DNA of 64,000 nt. Source: Alloascoidea hylecoeti (taxonomy: Eukaryota). This document shows positions 12,131-23,911 of this stretch, piece by piece (the first letter of the stretch is position 1; each line of letters begins with the position of its first letter). The stretch spans positions 1,289,474 through 1,353,473 of the forward strand of contig BCKZ01000003.1 in the NCBI GenBank assembly GCA_001600815.1. Reading direction: 5' to 3'. The notes beneath the pieces were generated by a model. It searched no databases and had not been told where the DNA came from. It saw only the letters and a list, made by a program, of their open reading frames with translations. The position numbers and the translations under genes are program-made.

Positions 12131-12309
12131 GGATTTTGGTTTATTGTAATGATAAATATTAGTTTCTGATTCATCTGATTGTTGGTATACACTTGGGGAA
12201 TTATTAAACCTTAAACCATTAGAATGTCTTGGTAACATCAACACAAGAAATCTATTTATTTACAAATAAATGGTGTCACTATACAAATTATTATATTGTT
12301 TGTTTTGGT

Positions 12310-12404
12310 TTATGCTGTGTAAATTTATCATGTTTCCAATTTAATTCTAAAAGATAACGTTCTTTATATAATTCATACCATGAATTAGTTTCTGAATCAT
12401 CATT
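12310..12404 (-). pseudogene. inverted F-box/WD40 linker fragment
   Basis: 12333-12404 is the exact reverse complement of 11813-11884. Confidence 0.9.
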
Positions 12405-12437
12405 AATAGTCTACTTATTCAATTGGTACCGATTTCT

Positions 12438-12522
12438 AGAAAAGGTCGACTGGCTTTTACTATGGATGGTGATGTTGTTATTTATGATTTTTGAAAAATA
12501 TTTAAAATATTTGAAACATTTT
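12438..12522 (+). pseudogene. F-box/WD40 C-terminal fragment
   Basis: gcttttactatggatggtgatgttgttatttatgatttt = AFTMDGDVVIYDF, then a KYLKH-like tail. Confidence 0.8.
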
Positions 12523-13060
12523 TTTTCTTAACATTATTATAATTTAACTTAAATTTTTTTCTAGTTGGAAGTTTTAATTTGAAAGTTTATGAAAGTTTAT
12601 GGAAGTTAAAAAGAATAAACTTGATTATATTTATCAAATAGATCTATAGTAACTTACAGAAGGGTTCTTAGGTGTTCTTTGTTAATTTAATGTTGAGAGC
12701 TTTGATGCCTAATCTTCAAATGTATTATAGGGAGGAGCTTTCACAACCCTCAGAATTTGTCCTTTTAGTAAGTTCTACATACTATTTTGTTGGATGAGGT
12801 TTACACTAGAAAAGTTGTTGATGTTTTTATTTAAGGTGATCCCCAATATTGTATGATACAAATATGCCTAAAATAGTTACAAGTTCTATGCCACTACATA
12901 AACTGGTAGATAATTATTTTTTTATCTAGATTTCTAGTAATTTTGTGCACATCTGCCTACTTGGTATTTTGGCAGAAATAAGGAGTGAAGTTCGTAACCA
13001 TATAACCTTATTTTCTTCCCATTTGCTATTGGAACAATAACCATTTTAACAATTCCAATT

Positions 13061-14290
13061 ATGTCCTTACACAACAATCTTGAGACTACAATCGGTTTTG
13101 TTTCCGATCTCCCTAATGAAATATCTCAAATAATCTTCTCAGATTTGCCACCAAAAACCTTACTTAATTGTAGAAGAGTTTCTAGATCATGGAAACTAAT
13201 AGCTGAGAATGATAATATATGGAAATCAAAGTTTCAAGATCAAAAATATTGGAAATATTATAATGATGATTCAGAAACTGATTCATGGTACGAGTTATAT
13301 AAAGAACGATATATTTTAGAAAAGAATTGGATAAATGATAGATTTATACAGCATAAGCTAAGCGGCCATTCTGATGAAACACATTGTGTTAAATTTTTTA
13401 AAAATTGGATTTTAACTGGTTCAGATGATTGTACAATAAGAATTTGGGATAACGAAACCTTTGAATGTTTAAGAGTTCTAGGTAGACCAAATCCCGAGAT
13501 TATAAGAGAAAATTTATCAGCAGTTGAAACAAATGAATTTCATATGAGTGAAGTTAGATGTATGGATATTAATGATAAATATTTGGTTTCTGGTACATCT
13601 GATGGTTGTTTAATTTGGAAAATGCCAGACCTTAAACCAATAAAACGTCTTGTAACATCAACACAAGATAGTTTTACATTTATAAATGGTGTTACTTTAT
13701 ACAATGATTATATTATATGCCATTGTTTTGAGTATATTGAGATTTGGAAATCAAGTCTTGATGTTTTAGAAAATCGATTAGAGTTTAATATACAACACCG
13801 TTTAAAAGGAGATGGTTTCATTAGTGATTTTTGCAATCATGGTATTATATATTGTAGAAAATTTAGAGGTATAGGATCCTGGAATATTGAAACTGGTCAA
13901 ATGATTCAAGAATTTCAATATAATCAAGCAGTATGCCTCACAGTAAGTGATCGATACTTATTTGTTAATCAATGTGACAAATTAATAGTTGATGATTTAC
14001 AAACAAATAAAACAATAAAAATTTTATCAAATGAAGGAGCAGTTTCATTATTTATAATTAATAATCAAATAATTTCTATTAATGATGAATCAACTATTAA
14101 GATTTGGAATTTAAATGATTTAAAATTATTTAAAGAATTTAAAAATTTAAAATATGAAGAATTAAATTTATGGCCTATTTGTTCAATTTGTTGTGATTCA
14201 AAAAAACTAGCTGCTTTCACTATCGATGGTGATGTTGTTATTTATGATTTTACTGAAAAATTAAGGAAAAAATATTTAAAATATTTATAG
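13061..14290 (+). CDS. F-box/WD40 protein, copy B
   Basis: Intact 409-aa ORF: F-box, GHSDETHCVKF..TGSDDCTIRIWD, tail LRKKYLKYL. Confidence 0.93.
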   Translation: MSLHNNLETTIGFVSDLPNEISQIIFSDLPPKTLLNCRRVSRSWKLIAENDNIWKSKFQDQKYWKYYNDDSETDSWYELYKERYILEKNWINDRFIQHKLSGHSDETHCVKFFKNWILTGSDDCTIRIWDNETFECLRVLGRPNPEIIRENLSAVETNEFHMSEVRCMDINDKYLVSGTSDGCLIWKMPDLKPIKRLVTSTQDSFTFINGVTLYNDYIICHCFEYIEIWKSSLDVLENRLEFNIQHRLKGDGFISDFCNHGIIYCRKFRGIGSWNIETGQMIQEFQYNQAVCLTVSDRYLFVNQCDKLIVDDLQTNKTIKILSNEGAVSLFIINNQIISINDESTIKIWNLNDLKLFKEFKNLKYEELNLWPICSICCDSKKLAAFTIDGDVVIYDFTEKLRKKYLKYL

Positions 14291-14393
14291 TTTATTGAAA
14301 ATTGAAAATAAGCATCGATATATCGTTGCTTTCACACTCTTTTAAATAATTTTAGATTATTTTCAAATATTAATAGTAGAATAATGAGGAACG

Positions 14394-14700
14394 GAAATGA
14401 TTTTATTATCAACGTCAATTAATTCAATTTATCCTTCATGTGGGCCTTCATCTGATAAAATATTTGTTTTATTTGTTTTGTAAATTCAGAACTGTTAGTT
14501 TGTCGTAGTCACTAACAAATAAGTGTTCATCATTTATTGGAATACACTTGATTATATCGAAATTCATAGATTTTTTAACCAGTTTCAATATTCCAAGCAA
14601 GTTTTCTACGGTGTAATATTAAAACCATTATGAATGCAAATACCAGGAACAAAATCTTTTAAACTGTGTTGTAAATTTAGCTGTAGTTGATGTTTCCAAA
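14394..14700 (-). pseudogene. degenerate inverted WD40 fragment
   Basis: The reverse complement contains WNIETG (accagtttcaatattcca), QTNK..ILSDEG and DNKIIS remnants. Confidence 0.7.
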
Positions 14701-14731
14701 CTATGGCCAATATAATCTTGGAAATACTATA

Positions 14732-14970
14732 ATGGTATGAATAAAGAATAAAGAACGTTATCTTTTAGGATTCAATCGGAAAAATAATAAATTTACACAG
14801 TATAAATTAAGTGACCATTCTAAAATCATTATGTAAAGAACGTTATCTTTACAATTAAATTAGAAAAATGATAGATTCACACAATACAAAGTTAAATCAT
14901 TCCGAATAAAACATGTATTGTAAATTTTTATTATTTTTCCAATTTAATTCTAAAAGATAACACTCTTTAC
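14732..14970. repeat. three copies (two sense, one antisense) of the KERYLL.LNWKN linker segment
   Basis: aaagaacgttatctttt at ~14750 and ~14835; ttccaatttaattctaaaagataa at ~14937. Confidence 0.8.
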
Positions 14971-15497
14971 AGAAGAATGGCCACTTCTTTAAGCTCATTA
15001 ACAACATGGAATTCATTTTTTTTTTATCAAATACAATTATCATTTCATATATCATATCTAACATTTATATTATGATTTTATCTGTTTCATACTATATACA
15101 AATTTTAATGTATCGAAATTAAACGAGAATGAAGGGAAGGGTTATTTGTAATAAAACCCAATCAGTAGACAAAATGACATTAACAAATATAAATATAAAA
15201 GAAAACACAATCTTAAAATATAAAATATAAATAAGGGAGGAAATAAAAAGATGATCAAATGATATAAAAAAACTAGGTTTAGAACAATTTCAATTTTATT
15301 CTTGATTGAATAATGGGCTAATAATCGGGATTAATAAAGATGAAAACCGAATCATAATAATTGGGAGGATATGATTAAAAGAAGACCAAAAAAGAGAGAA
15401 TAAAATTATTTAAATGTTCGATAAATTCCGATAGATATTAAAATGTCAGTTGAATCTTATGTTTTATCACTAATCGTGATGTGATGTGTTAAGAATT

Positions 15498-16160
15498 TTA
15501 TGGTGATACCGCCCGTTTGAATAGACACCATGAACCAGCAGCGAGTCCCATTAGACCACTAGCAATTCCCATTGGTTTCAATCCTTTAGAAGATTTGAAA
15601 ATAGCACCGGCTATCATTCCGGAACCAATGGAATTAATATCTTCATGCTTACCTCTTATATAACCAATCGTACTATTAATAAGATTATACGTAACAGCCA
15701 AAACACCAGCAGAATTACCTAAGAAAGGACCTCTTTTTGTAATTGCATTTAAAATTGTGTTAAGTTTGATTCTGCCTGGGGCATTTGGTGGAATATTTCT
15801 AATTCCTTCGGAAAGACCATATGCACCACCAACACCCAAACCTAATAGATAAACAGTACCAGTACCGTAACATAAGTCATCTGTCCAGCCTCTGCTTGGA
15901 AGAAGACCCTGTCCACCACTTAAATTAGTTAGGGCATCGTCTTCAATATCAAGGTACTCTAAAGTTTGGCCTAAACCGGCGAGTGGATGTAATTGTGTTG
16001 TGTCGAGAACATCTGGAGTTAAGAAAGATGAAACATCTTGGACTGAAGCTGGATCAAAACCCAAAGCATTTTCCGCAGCGGATCCCTCTGATAGAGACTC
16101 CGATTTGGTGGGATATGACTGTTCTTTACTTGATGATGATGATCCAAATAACCAAGACAT
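15498..16160 (-). CDS. TIM23: mitochondrial inner-membrane translocase subunit Tim23
   Basis: LPSRGWTDDLCYGTG, LNTILNAITKRGPFLGNSAGV. Confidence 0.97.
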   Translation of the reverse strand: MSWLFGSSSSSKEQSYPTKSESLSEGSAAENALGFDPASVQDVSSFLTPDVLDTTQLHPLAGLGQTLEYLDIEDDALTNLSGGQGLLPSRGWTDDLCYGTGTVYLLGLGVGGAYGLSEGIRNIPPNAPGRIKLNTILNAITKRGPFLGNSAGVLAVTYNLINSTIGYIRGKHEDINSIGSGMIAGAIFKSSKGLKPMGIASGLMGLAAGSWCLFKRAVSP

Positions 16161-16734
16161 TTTGAAGTAGATTTATATAATACCAAAAACCAGTGAAAAA
16201 TTTGACAGTGAAGTTGAATTGGTTACCTGTATACTCTAAAATGGAGAGAGTATTGGAAATAAATTTGTTTGTGGATGAAAGTTAATCGTGGAGATTCGAA
16301 CTTTTGGTGGTGTTCATCTATTTTTTTCTTCACTACCGGAGATTAGGTCAGTTTACTTCCGGAACCAATTTTACAAATGGTTACCAGACACATATCGATT
16401 ACATAATCCAAACCCGTGGAACATAATTGTATTTACTTAGAATAATTAGAACAATTGTCGGAACTTGGAAGCCCAGCTTCGCAAAGATATTAATTCCGTT
16501 GGAAACCCAACTAAAACATTTGACACGATATAAAATCTCAGGCTTAAAATAATGTGGAATGCAACTTTATTCAAATTGTCTTGTGATGTTGTTATTTGTT
16601 ATTTGTCATTTGTTGTTTGCGTAATCATTAATATCTAAAGAAAACATGCTATTATTTGAATACTGCTTAATTCTATTTAATTCTGTTAATTTTAAACTTC
16701 ACTACTTTGTTACTCTTTTTTTCATAAATAAGAC

Positions 16735-19700
16735 ATGTCGCGATCACAAATAGAAGAAACTCGATTGAATGAGAAGTTTAACTATGCAAGTCTACCTCCC
16801 CACTTCATCGGATTGAATAAAGTTGATGTTGCAGAGGCAGGTCCCGTCAAGGATTTTGTTCTATCACACGAAGGCCATACGGTTATCACTTCCGTAAGTT
16901 TAAATATATACACTTGAGACAGCTGGCACCGAGCTATACTTATAAGAAGTTAGCTGCTAATATTTCTTGTTTTCAATAGATTCTCATTGCGAACAATGGT
17001 ATCGCTGCTGTTAAAGAAATCAGATCTGTACGTAAATGGGCGTATGAGACATTCGGTGATGAGCACATAATATCATTCACCGTAATGGCTACTCCGGAAG
17101 ATCTGGAAGCAAACGCTGAATATATCAGAATGGCTGATCAATTTATTGAAGTCCCTGGTGGTACGAATAATAATAACTACGCCAATGTGGACCTCATTGT
17201 AGATGTTGCAGAAAGAACTAACGTTCATGCTGTTTGGGCTGGTTGGGGGCATGCTTCTGAAAATCCCGATTTACCTGAGAAATTAGCAATGTCTCCAAAG
17301 AAAATTGTATTTATTGGTCCTCCTGGTAATGCAATGAGATCTTTGGGTGATAAAATCTCTTCTACAATTGTTGCACAACATGCCAAAGTACCATGCATTC
17401 CTTGGTCTGGTACTGGAATTGATACAGTTCATGTGGATCCAAAGACAAATTTAGTATCCGTAGATGATAATATTTACAATCAGGCCTGTTGTAGCTCTCC
17501 AGAAGATGGTTTGGTTAAAGCGCGTAAAATTGGTTATCCTGTTATGATCAAAGCATCTGAAGGTGGTGGTGGTAAAGGTATTAGACAAGTTGAAAAAGAA
17601 GAAGATTTTATAAGATTGTATCACCAAGCTGTTGATGAAATTCCTGGTTCTCCAATATTTATAATGAAATTAGCTGGAGGAGCTAGACATTTAGAAGTTC
17701 AATTATTAGCTGATGAGTATGGTAATAATATTTCTTTGTTTGGTAGGGATTGTTCTGTTCAAAGACGCCATCAAAAAATAATCGAGGAAGCTCCAGTTAC
17801 AATTGCTAAAGAAGGTACATTTGCCAAAATGGAAGAAGCGGCTATTAGACTTGGTAAATTAGTCGGTTATGTTTCTGCTGGTACAGTTGAATATCTTTAT
17901 TCTCATGATGATGATAAATTCTATTTTTTGGAGCTTAATCCTCGTCTACAAGTTGAACATCCAACTACAGAGATGGTATCAGGTGTTAATTTACCAGCTG
18001 CTCAATTACAAATTGCAATGGGTATTCCTTTACATAGAATACAAGATATTAGGTTACTTTATGGTACAAGTATTCATACTTCAACAAGAATTGATTTTGG
18101 ATTTTCCTTGGAATCATCATCTAAAACTCAACGAAGACCTAAACCAAAAGGTCATATAACTGCTGTTAGAATTACTTCTGAAGATCCAAGAGATGGATTT
18201 AGACCTTCTTCGGGTATGATACATGACTTAAATTTTCGTTCTAGTTCTAATGTCTGGGGATATTTCTCTGTTGGAAATCAAGGTGGAATTCATTCTTTTT
18301 CTGATTCTCAATTTGGTCATATTTTTGCATATGGTGAAAATAGACAAGCCTCAAGGAAACATATGGTTGTTGCTTTAAAAGAATTATCAATTAGAGGTGA
18401 TTTTAGAACAACTGTCGAATATTTAATAAAATTATTAGAAACTGAAGATTTTGAAAAGAATAAAATTACTACTGGATGGTTAGATGAACTTATTTCAAAT
18501 AAATTAACTGCAGAAAGGCCAGATCCTACTGTAGCAATTATTTGTGGGGCAGTTACAAAAGCTGAAGCTGCTTATGAGGAACAGATTAAACAGTATACTA
18601 CTTCTTTAGAAAGGGGACAAGTAACTTCTCATGATGTGGTGAATACCTCTTTCCCTGTGGAATTTATTTATGAAGGGAAACGCTATGAATTTACTGTAAC
18701 TAAATCTTCTCCGGATTCGTATACTTTGTTCATAAATGGATCTAGAGCCGAGATTGGTGCTCGTTCATTAACAGACGGTGGATTATTAATATCAATTGGC
18801 GGTAAAAGTCATAGCGTTTTTACAAAGGAAGAAGTCGGTGCTACAAGATTATCAATTGATTCCAAAACATGTCTTTTAGAAGTTGAAAATGATCCAACAC
18901 TACTAAGATCCCCATCTCCTGGTAAGTTAGTTAGATATCTGGCTGAAAATGAAGATCATATCAAAGCTGGCCAAACATATGCTGAAGTTGAAATCATGAA
19001 AATGTCTATGCCGTTAATTTCTCAAGAAGATGGTACTATTCGTCTGATAAAACAACCTGGATCTATCATCACTGCTGGTGATATTTTGGCAATTATATCT
19101 TTAGACGATCCTTCAAAACTTCAATATGCTTTACCTTTTGAAGGAAACTTACCCGATCTTGGAAGTCCCAATAACATTGGTACTAAACCTGCTCAAAAAT
19201 TTATGCATTATTCAAATATTATTGAGAATACTTTAGCTGGTTTTGATAATCAAGTTTATATCAAAGATTCATTGGAAGAGCTTATTAAGGTTTTAAGGGA
19301 CCCACAATTACCATACAGCATATGGAAATTTCAAATTTCATCTCTTCATAGTAGAATACCTCAAAAATTAGATGATAATTTGAATGGTATAATTGAAAGA
19401 ACACAACAAAGGCATCATGATTTCCCATCTAGACAATTATTAAAAACAATTGAAAAATATCAAAAATTGGAAAATTCTTCAATTTTTAATGAAATTGTCT
19501 CGCCATTATTAAAAATATCAAAAGATTTTGAAAATGGAATTATTAGTCATGAATATTCAATTTTATCTAAGATATTAGATGAATATTATAATGTTGAAAT
19601 TATGTTTTGTGGATCTATGACTCGTGATGAAGATATTATTTTAAAATTAAGAGATGATAATAAAGATAATATTAATTGGGTCGTTAATACAGCAAGATCT

Positions 19701-22700
19701 CATAGTAGAGTTGGATCAAAGAATAATCTTATATTATCTATATTGGCTGATTATAAATTACCTGCCTCTGGTAATTCTGAACTTGCAGGTTATTTAAAAC
19801 CTTCCTTAAAGAAAGTCGTTGAGTTAGATTCAAGAAGAACTTCAAAAGTTGTACTTAAAGCTCGGGAAATTCTTATTCAATGCTCATTACCATCTTTAAA
19901 AGAAAGGTACGATCAATTGGAATATATATTAAAATCATCAGTATTAGAAATGAGTTATGGTGAAATGGGTTTGGATCATTGTACTCCAAATTATAGTGTT
20001 TTAAAAGATGTAATAGATTCAAAATATGTTGTGTTTGATGTTTTACCACAATTTTTTATACATAATGATCCTTGGGTTTCATTGGCGGCATTAGAACTTT
20101 ATATTCGCAGAGCTTACAGAGTTTATAAAATTAATGAAGTAAATTATAACCAAGAACCTGGATATCCTTCGATAGTTGACTTCAAGTTCACACTTCCATC
20201 TCGCGATCAAGACTTTCATGGTGTTGATCCGTCAACTTCGGCTAGTGCAAGTGATGAAAGCATGTCACGAGCTGCTTCAATATCTGATCTATCTTTAATA
20301 TCTTCTGGCATTAACAGATCGGGTGTTATTTGTCCGGCTGCTCAAATTGACGATGTTGACGAATCAATCTCAAGAGCCCTCGATATTTTTCCAAGGAATA
20401 CAGAAGATATGTTATCTACGATGAAGAAAAATGCATTACCTTCTAGGGGAAGTACAATGAATGGAGCTCGGGGTACACTAAGCAATGTATTAATTATCCC
20501 AATTTTAGGTGTTGAAGGTCGTGAAACAGAAGAATCACAATTGAGTTATTTCAATGAGATACTTGAGTTCTTTAAAAATGATTTAATTTCTTGTTCAGTT
20601 CGTCGGATTACTTTTGTATCGGGACTCAAACTGGGGGTGTATCCAAATTATTATACATTTAGAGGACCAGATTATGAAGAGTTTAAAGAGATTAGACATA
20701 TTGAACCATCCCTTGCATTTCAACTAGAATTGGGTAGGCTTTCAAATTTTAATATTAAACCTGTCTTCACTGAAAATAAAAACATTCATGTCTATGAAGC
20801 AGTTGGAAAAAATTCTCCAAATGATAAAAGATTTTTTACAAGAGGAATTATAAGACCTGGTAGGATTAGAGATGATATCAGTATTGCTGAATATCTTATT
20901 TCAGAGTGTCATAGATTGATGACTGGTATTTTAGATACATTGGAAATTCTTGGTACTGCAGACTCAGATTTGAATCATATTTTTATCAATTTCTCTTCTG
21001 ACTTTCATGTCACACCACTAGAAGTGGAAGCTGCTTTTGGTGGATTTTTAGAGAGATTTGGTAGACGTTTATGGCGACTTCGTGTAACAGCTGCTGAAGT
21101 GAGAATTAAATGCTCCGATCCAGAAAATGGTATTATATTCCCATTAAGGGCAATAATCAATAATGTATCTGGATATGTTGTTAAATTTGAAATGTATATC
21201 GAACAGAAAAATTCAAAAGGTGAATGGGTATTCAAGTCAATTGGAAAACCGGGAAGTATGCATTTAAGAAGCATCTCAACACCTTATCCTAATAAAGAAT
21301 CTTTACAGCCCAAGAGGTTTAAAGCGCATGTAATAGGAACTACTTATTGTTATGATTTCCCCGATTTATTCAGTCAGGCAATTGCTTCCGCATGGAAGGA
21401 ATATAAAGATGATGAAATTCCCGAAAACTTCTTTTCTTCGAAAGAATTAATATTGGAAGATGGAAATGAATTACTGGAAGTAACACGAGATGCTGGGGCT
21501 AATAATATTGGTATGATAGCTTGGAAGATGTCCGCTAAAACCCCGGAATATCCTCGCGGCAGAGACTTTATAGTAATAGCCAATGATATTACTTTTAAGA
21601 TTGGTTCATTTGGTCCACAGGAAGATACATTTTTTAACAAGGTTACTGAATTATGCAGGACGCTAGGACTTCCAAGGATTTATCTTGCTGCCAATTCAGG
21701 TGCTCGTTTAGGATTAGCAGATGAGTTGATTTCATTATTTTCAGTTTCTTGGAAAGATCCTCAGGATCAATCCATGGGATGTGATTATCTCTTTCTAACA
21801 CCAGAAAACAAAAGGCTCATTGAAAAAAAGACTAAAAGCAATGTAGTACAATGTGAACGAATTATTGAGAATGGTGAAGAAAGATATAAAATCAACTGCG
21901 TAATTGGTGCTGAAGAGGGTTTAGGAGTCGAATCCTTACGTGGCTCAGGGCTAATTGCGGGTGCTACTTCCAAGGCATATAAGGATATTTTCACTATCAC
22001 TTTGGTAACCTGTAGATCTGTGGGAATTGGAGCATATTTAGTTCGTTTAGGTCAAAGGGTAATTCAAGTTGAAGGACAGCCTATTATTCTGACTGGTGCT
22101 CCGGCCATTAACAAACTTTTAGGAAGGGAAGTTTATAGTTCCAATATACAGCTTGGTGGTACTCAAATTATGTACCGAAATGGTGTATCACATTTAGTCG
22201 TAAATGGCGATCTCAGTGGGATAGAGAAAATGATCAATTGGTTATCATATATCCCAGCTAAGAAGGGAATGCCAGTACCATTTTTAGAATCCAGCGATAC
22301 CTGGGATCGAGATGTTGAATATACGCCACCTAAAAATGAATCATTTGATGTCAGGTGGATGATAGCTGGTCGAGAAACTCCAGAAAGATTCGAACATGGT
22401 CTTTTTGATAAGGCTTCCTTTCAAGAGACTCTTGGAGGATGGGCAAAAACTGTTATAGTTGGCCGAGCACGTATTGGTGGAATTCCCTTAGGTGTTATTG
22501 GTGTTGAGACAAGAATGGTAGAGAATCTATATCCTGCTGATCCAGCCAATCCAGATTCTACTGAGATGCTGATACAAGAAGCTGGACAAGTGTGGTATCC
22601 AAATTCTGCTTTCAAGACTGCACAAGCTATAAATGACTTTAATCATGGTGAAGAACTTCCATTAATGATACTCGCAAATTGGAGAGGGTTTTCTGGTGGA

Positions 22701-23540
22701 CAGAGAGATATGTATAATGAAGTTTTGAAATATGGCTCCTTTATTGTTGATGCTTTGGTTGACTTTAAACAACCAATATTTATTTACATACCTCCTTTGG
22801 GGGAATTAAGAGGAGGTTCATGGGTAGTAGTAGATCCCACAATTAACTCCGATATGATGGAGATGTACGCAGATGAAGAATCGAGAGGAGGAATTCTTGA
22901 GCCTGAGGGAATTGTTGGTATAAAGTTCAAGAAAGAGAAGTTACTTCTTACAATGGAGAGACTCGATCCGGAATATGCTAAATTGAAATCAGAATCATTA
23001 AAAAGTGGGTTATCGCAGGAGGAGTTTATAGAAGCAAGTTCTAAGTTGAAGGAAAAAGAAGAAGCTTTATTACCGATATACACACAAATTAGTCTTCAAT
23101 TTGCGGATCTTCATGATCGTGTTGGTCGTATGGAGGCAAAAGGTGTAATTAGGAAGTCCTTAAAATGGCGCGAAAGCCGTCGGTTTTTCTTTTGGAGGAT
23201 TCGAAGAAGATTAAATGAAGAATATTTACTAAAGCGGATTGGTGATGAATTGCCTACTTCTTCCAGGTTGGAACGATTTGCTCGTTTTCGCTCCTTGATT
23301 TGCCTTGATAATGATTTAGAAATTGAGAATGATCGATCTATTGCTATGTGGATTGAAGATAATTACAAAAAGATTGATTCATTCATAGGAGAGCTACACC
23401 AAGAAAGTATAATAAATGGTATGGCTAGTCTTTTAAGATCCGATAAACAAGCGACTGTCAATGGAATCATCCAGACCATGTCTAGTTTAGGTCTTTCCGA
23501 AAAAGAGAGAAGCCAGATAATCAAATCCCTCGCCAAATAG
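16735..23540 (+). CDS. ACC1: acetyl-CoA carboxylase; exons 16735-16893 and 16980-23540
   Basis: Intron GTAAGT...TGCTAAT...TAG joins HTVITS to ILIANNGIAAVKEIRS in frame. Biotin-attachment motif EIMKM; Snf1-site-like MSRAASISDLS; BC, BCCP and CT domains. Confidence 0.99.
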
Positions 23541-23911
23541 CATGTACATGGCATGCATTACATGGTGTAGCTATGATAATATTATTTGTAATTAGGTTTT
23601 TCGTTTATATTTGCGTATATTTACGCGGCCTAATTATATGTTCTGCATATTTATAACCTTGCACGCAATTATCAATGATGTTAAATTGCGAGCATATAAT
23701 AATAATATAAAATTGAGTATTATTGGTACCTTATTAAGAATTTTCATAATTAAAAGATCTAGAGCGGTTGCAATTAACGCATCTCATTAGACCATATCCG
23801 AGAATATTATTTTTCACAAATTGAATCTATTTAACTAGCCAAGGCCCGCTCATCTTTTTTTTTGTAAGCTCGACCATTCCTTCATTTGTTCTTCCATTCC
23901 TTTGCTATATT

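Noticed and set aside
16290..16301. B-box-like GTTCGAATCTCC (minus strand) in the TIM23/ACC1 divergent promoter
   Set aside because: No A-box or cloverleaf, so not a tRNA; a lone TFIIIC site cannot be supported from sequence alone.
17869..23554. Antisense and alternate-frame ORFs inside ACC1 (likewise in TFA2, the NBR1-like gene and the 34-46 kb genes)
   Set aside because: Shadow ORFs of long coding sequences, with no independent motifs.
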